From a virus: a stretch of 64,000 bases of DNA. Below the pieces are notes generated by a model, which was not told the DNA's origin, did not search any database, and saw only the letters and a list, made by a program, of their open reading frames with translations. Made by a program: the position numbers and the translations under genes. The stretch covers positions 5,350 through 69,349 of IMG/VR virus record IMGVR_UViG_3300031965_000003; one strand, written 5' to 3'. Positions 62,968 to 64,000 of the stretch are shown one piece after another (the stretch's first letter is position 1; each line of letters starts with the position of its first letter).

Positions 62968-63001
62968 AAGCTACCCTCCTACTTGTTACACTTTTACACT
63001 T

Positions 63002-63199
63002 TTATTTACCAAACGGTACCCTAAACGTAGTCACAATCTCCATGTAGATGCAGTCGCGGCGGCGCTCAACCTTGAACTGTTGACGCCTGCTGATCTCGTC
63101 TAAACACTGGATCAACGCCGACTCGAACTTCTGCATGATCAGCCGCACGTCGTCGTTGTCCGTCAGCACCACACCGCTGCTGTTAGCATCACAGTTCAT
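63002..63199 (-). CDS. Hypothetical protein
   Basis: 65-aa ORF with ATGA overlap. Confidence 0.55.
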   Translation of the reverse strand: MNCDANSSGVVLTDNDDVRLIMQKFESALIQCLDEISRRQQFKVERRRDCIYMEIVTTFRVPFGK

Positions 63200-63420
63200 C
63201 CAGCATGGTCCTTACACACAAGCAGGCCAAACAAGCCGCCACAGAAAGCACCCACTGCCCCCGCGTACCACCAACCATCAAACCCCAACTCCATGGTCAG
63301 CACTACCAGCTTGACCAGCACCACCCACGCTGCCCCACCGACTATGCCCAACCCAGCGCAAAACAACACGGTAAAGAACTTAGCCAGCAACGTTAGCTTC
63401 TCTATCTTTGCCTGTTCCAC
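63196..63420 (-). CDS. Small two-TM membrane protein
   Basis: Two hydrophobic segments. Confidence 0.6.
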   Translation of the reverse strand: MEQAKIEKLTLLAKFFTVLFCAGLGIVGGAAWVVLVKLVVLTMELGFDGWWYAGAVGAFCGGLFGLLVCKDHAG

Positions 63421-63436
63421 TCAGTCACACCCCCTT

Positions 63437-64000
63437 TTATTTAAATCCAGCAGGTACCTGCCTTACCAGGCTGTCTAGCTTGGCTTGGCTCGTCCACTCC
63501 ACGGGCACATCGTCAGCGGTCACGTAAACGTGAAGTGACCTGCAATTCCAGTGGAGCGGCGGCGTCAGCTTCACCAGCAGTGGATCATCTTTTTTGATCT
63601 TGATGCCGTCAGCTAACGCACAAAGGTCCGTGGTCCTAAAGTCCAAGATGCTGCTGTGTTCCATGCCGATCACGTACTCGCCCGCCGCCTCGGCCACCGC
63701 GCTCCTGGCCTGCGACAAGGCGGTCAAGGTCTCCACCCTCACTATCGTTTCTAGCCGGTAGGCCTGAAGGATGTCCTCCGCCGTGCCGGTGACGCCGCTC
63801 GGGACGAGCTTGGTCGGGTCACCCACCCACGGCTCGAACAGGTTCCGCAGGATGCCCATCGTCTCGATCAACGTGCGCCCGCCCTTCAGGTGCTCCCACA
63901 GCTGCGTGCTCGTCTGCTTCCACAGCTCCATGTCCACGATGCCCTTGACGTAGTTGGAGCGGTTCAAGAAGTAGTTGGCGATCTTGTCAGGGTCAAAAGC
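63437..64000 (-). CDS. Head morphogenesis protein (Mu gpF / SPP1 gp7-like), 5' end outside window
   Basis: RLETIVRVET..A...R, ILDFRTTDLC..ADG, PPLHWNCRS; frame open to 64000. Confidence 0.88.
   Translation of the reverse strand, partial: AFDPDKIANYFLNRSNYVKGIVDMELWKQTSTQLWEHLKGGRTLIETMGILRNLFEPWVGDPTKLVPSGVTGTAEDILQAYRLETIVRVETLTALSQARSAVAEAAGEYVIGMEHSSILDFRTTDLCALADGIKIKKDDPLLVKLTPPLHWNCRSLHVYVTADDVPVEWTSQAKLDSLVRQVPAGFK

Noticed and set aside
62967-63001. Short TTACACTT direct repeats upstream of 62554-62967
   Set aside because: Only two 8-nt copies in an AT-rich spacer; too weak to call an operator.
2490-63953. Plus-strand ORFs in the track (for example 12619-13458, 20935-21684, 17714-18382, 58590-59117)
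   Set aside because: They are antisense shadows of well-supported minus-strand genes, with no recognisable motifs or RBS.

Overview
The whole 64-kb window is part of a tailed dsDNA (siphovirus-like) phage or prophage genome of roughly 50-57% GC by eye. Essentially all real genes are on the minus strand. Read in transcription direction (right to left), it contains: (1) head genes (partial head-morphogenesis protein, Mu-like prohead protease/scaffold, decoration protein, major capsid); (2) a GT4-methyltransferase-GT2 glycosyltransferase fusion carrying an HNH intein; (3) large Ser/Thr/Ala-rich virion proteins and a PL1 pectate lyase; (4) neck, tail tube, chaperones, tape measure, distal tail and tail tip, with lysis genes interspersed; (5) a boundary at about 25.6 kb, then a sigma70-type early promoter; (6) about 11 kb of small accessory genes; and (7) recombination, replication and DNA-methylation genes, ending in a HAD phosphatase and an RlaP-type nucleotidyltransferase that carries a LAGLIDADG intein and runs off the left edge (missed by the ORF track). 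The most notable signal is in the early region. It holds a Csx16-family gene (type III CRISPR ring-nuclease family), two near-identical solitary type III-style CRISPR repeats 8.35 kb apart (both ending ...GGGATTAAGAC on the + strand), and an RHH regulator behind an operator-overlapped promoter. One repeat is followed by a spacer-like segment that matches another site in the phage itself. Together these suggest a combined protein plus RNA anti-type-III-CRISPR module (inference). Other oddities: two inteins in unusual host proteins, homing endonucleases that appear to rebuild the 5' end of the gene they interrupt, an overlapping two-frame C5 methyltransferase, a HiPIP-like motif inside the capsid protease, and a +1/-2 tail-chaperone frameshift. 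No terminase, portal, integrase, polymerase, tRNA or true CRISPR array is visible in the window. All family assignments come from motif recognition by eye, not database searches.
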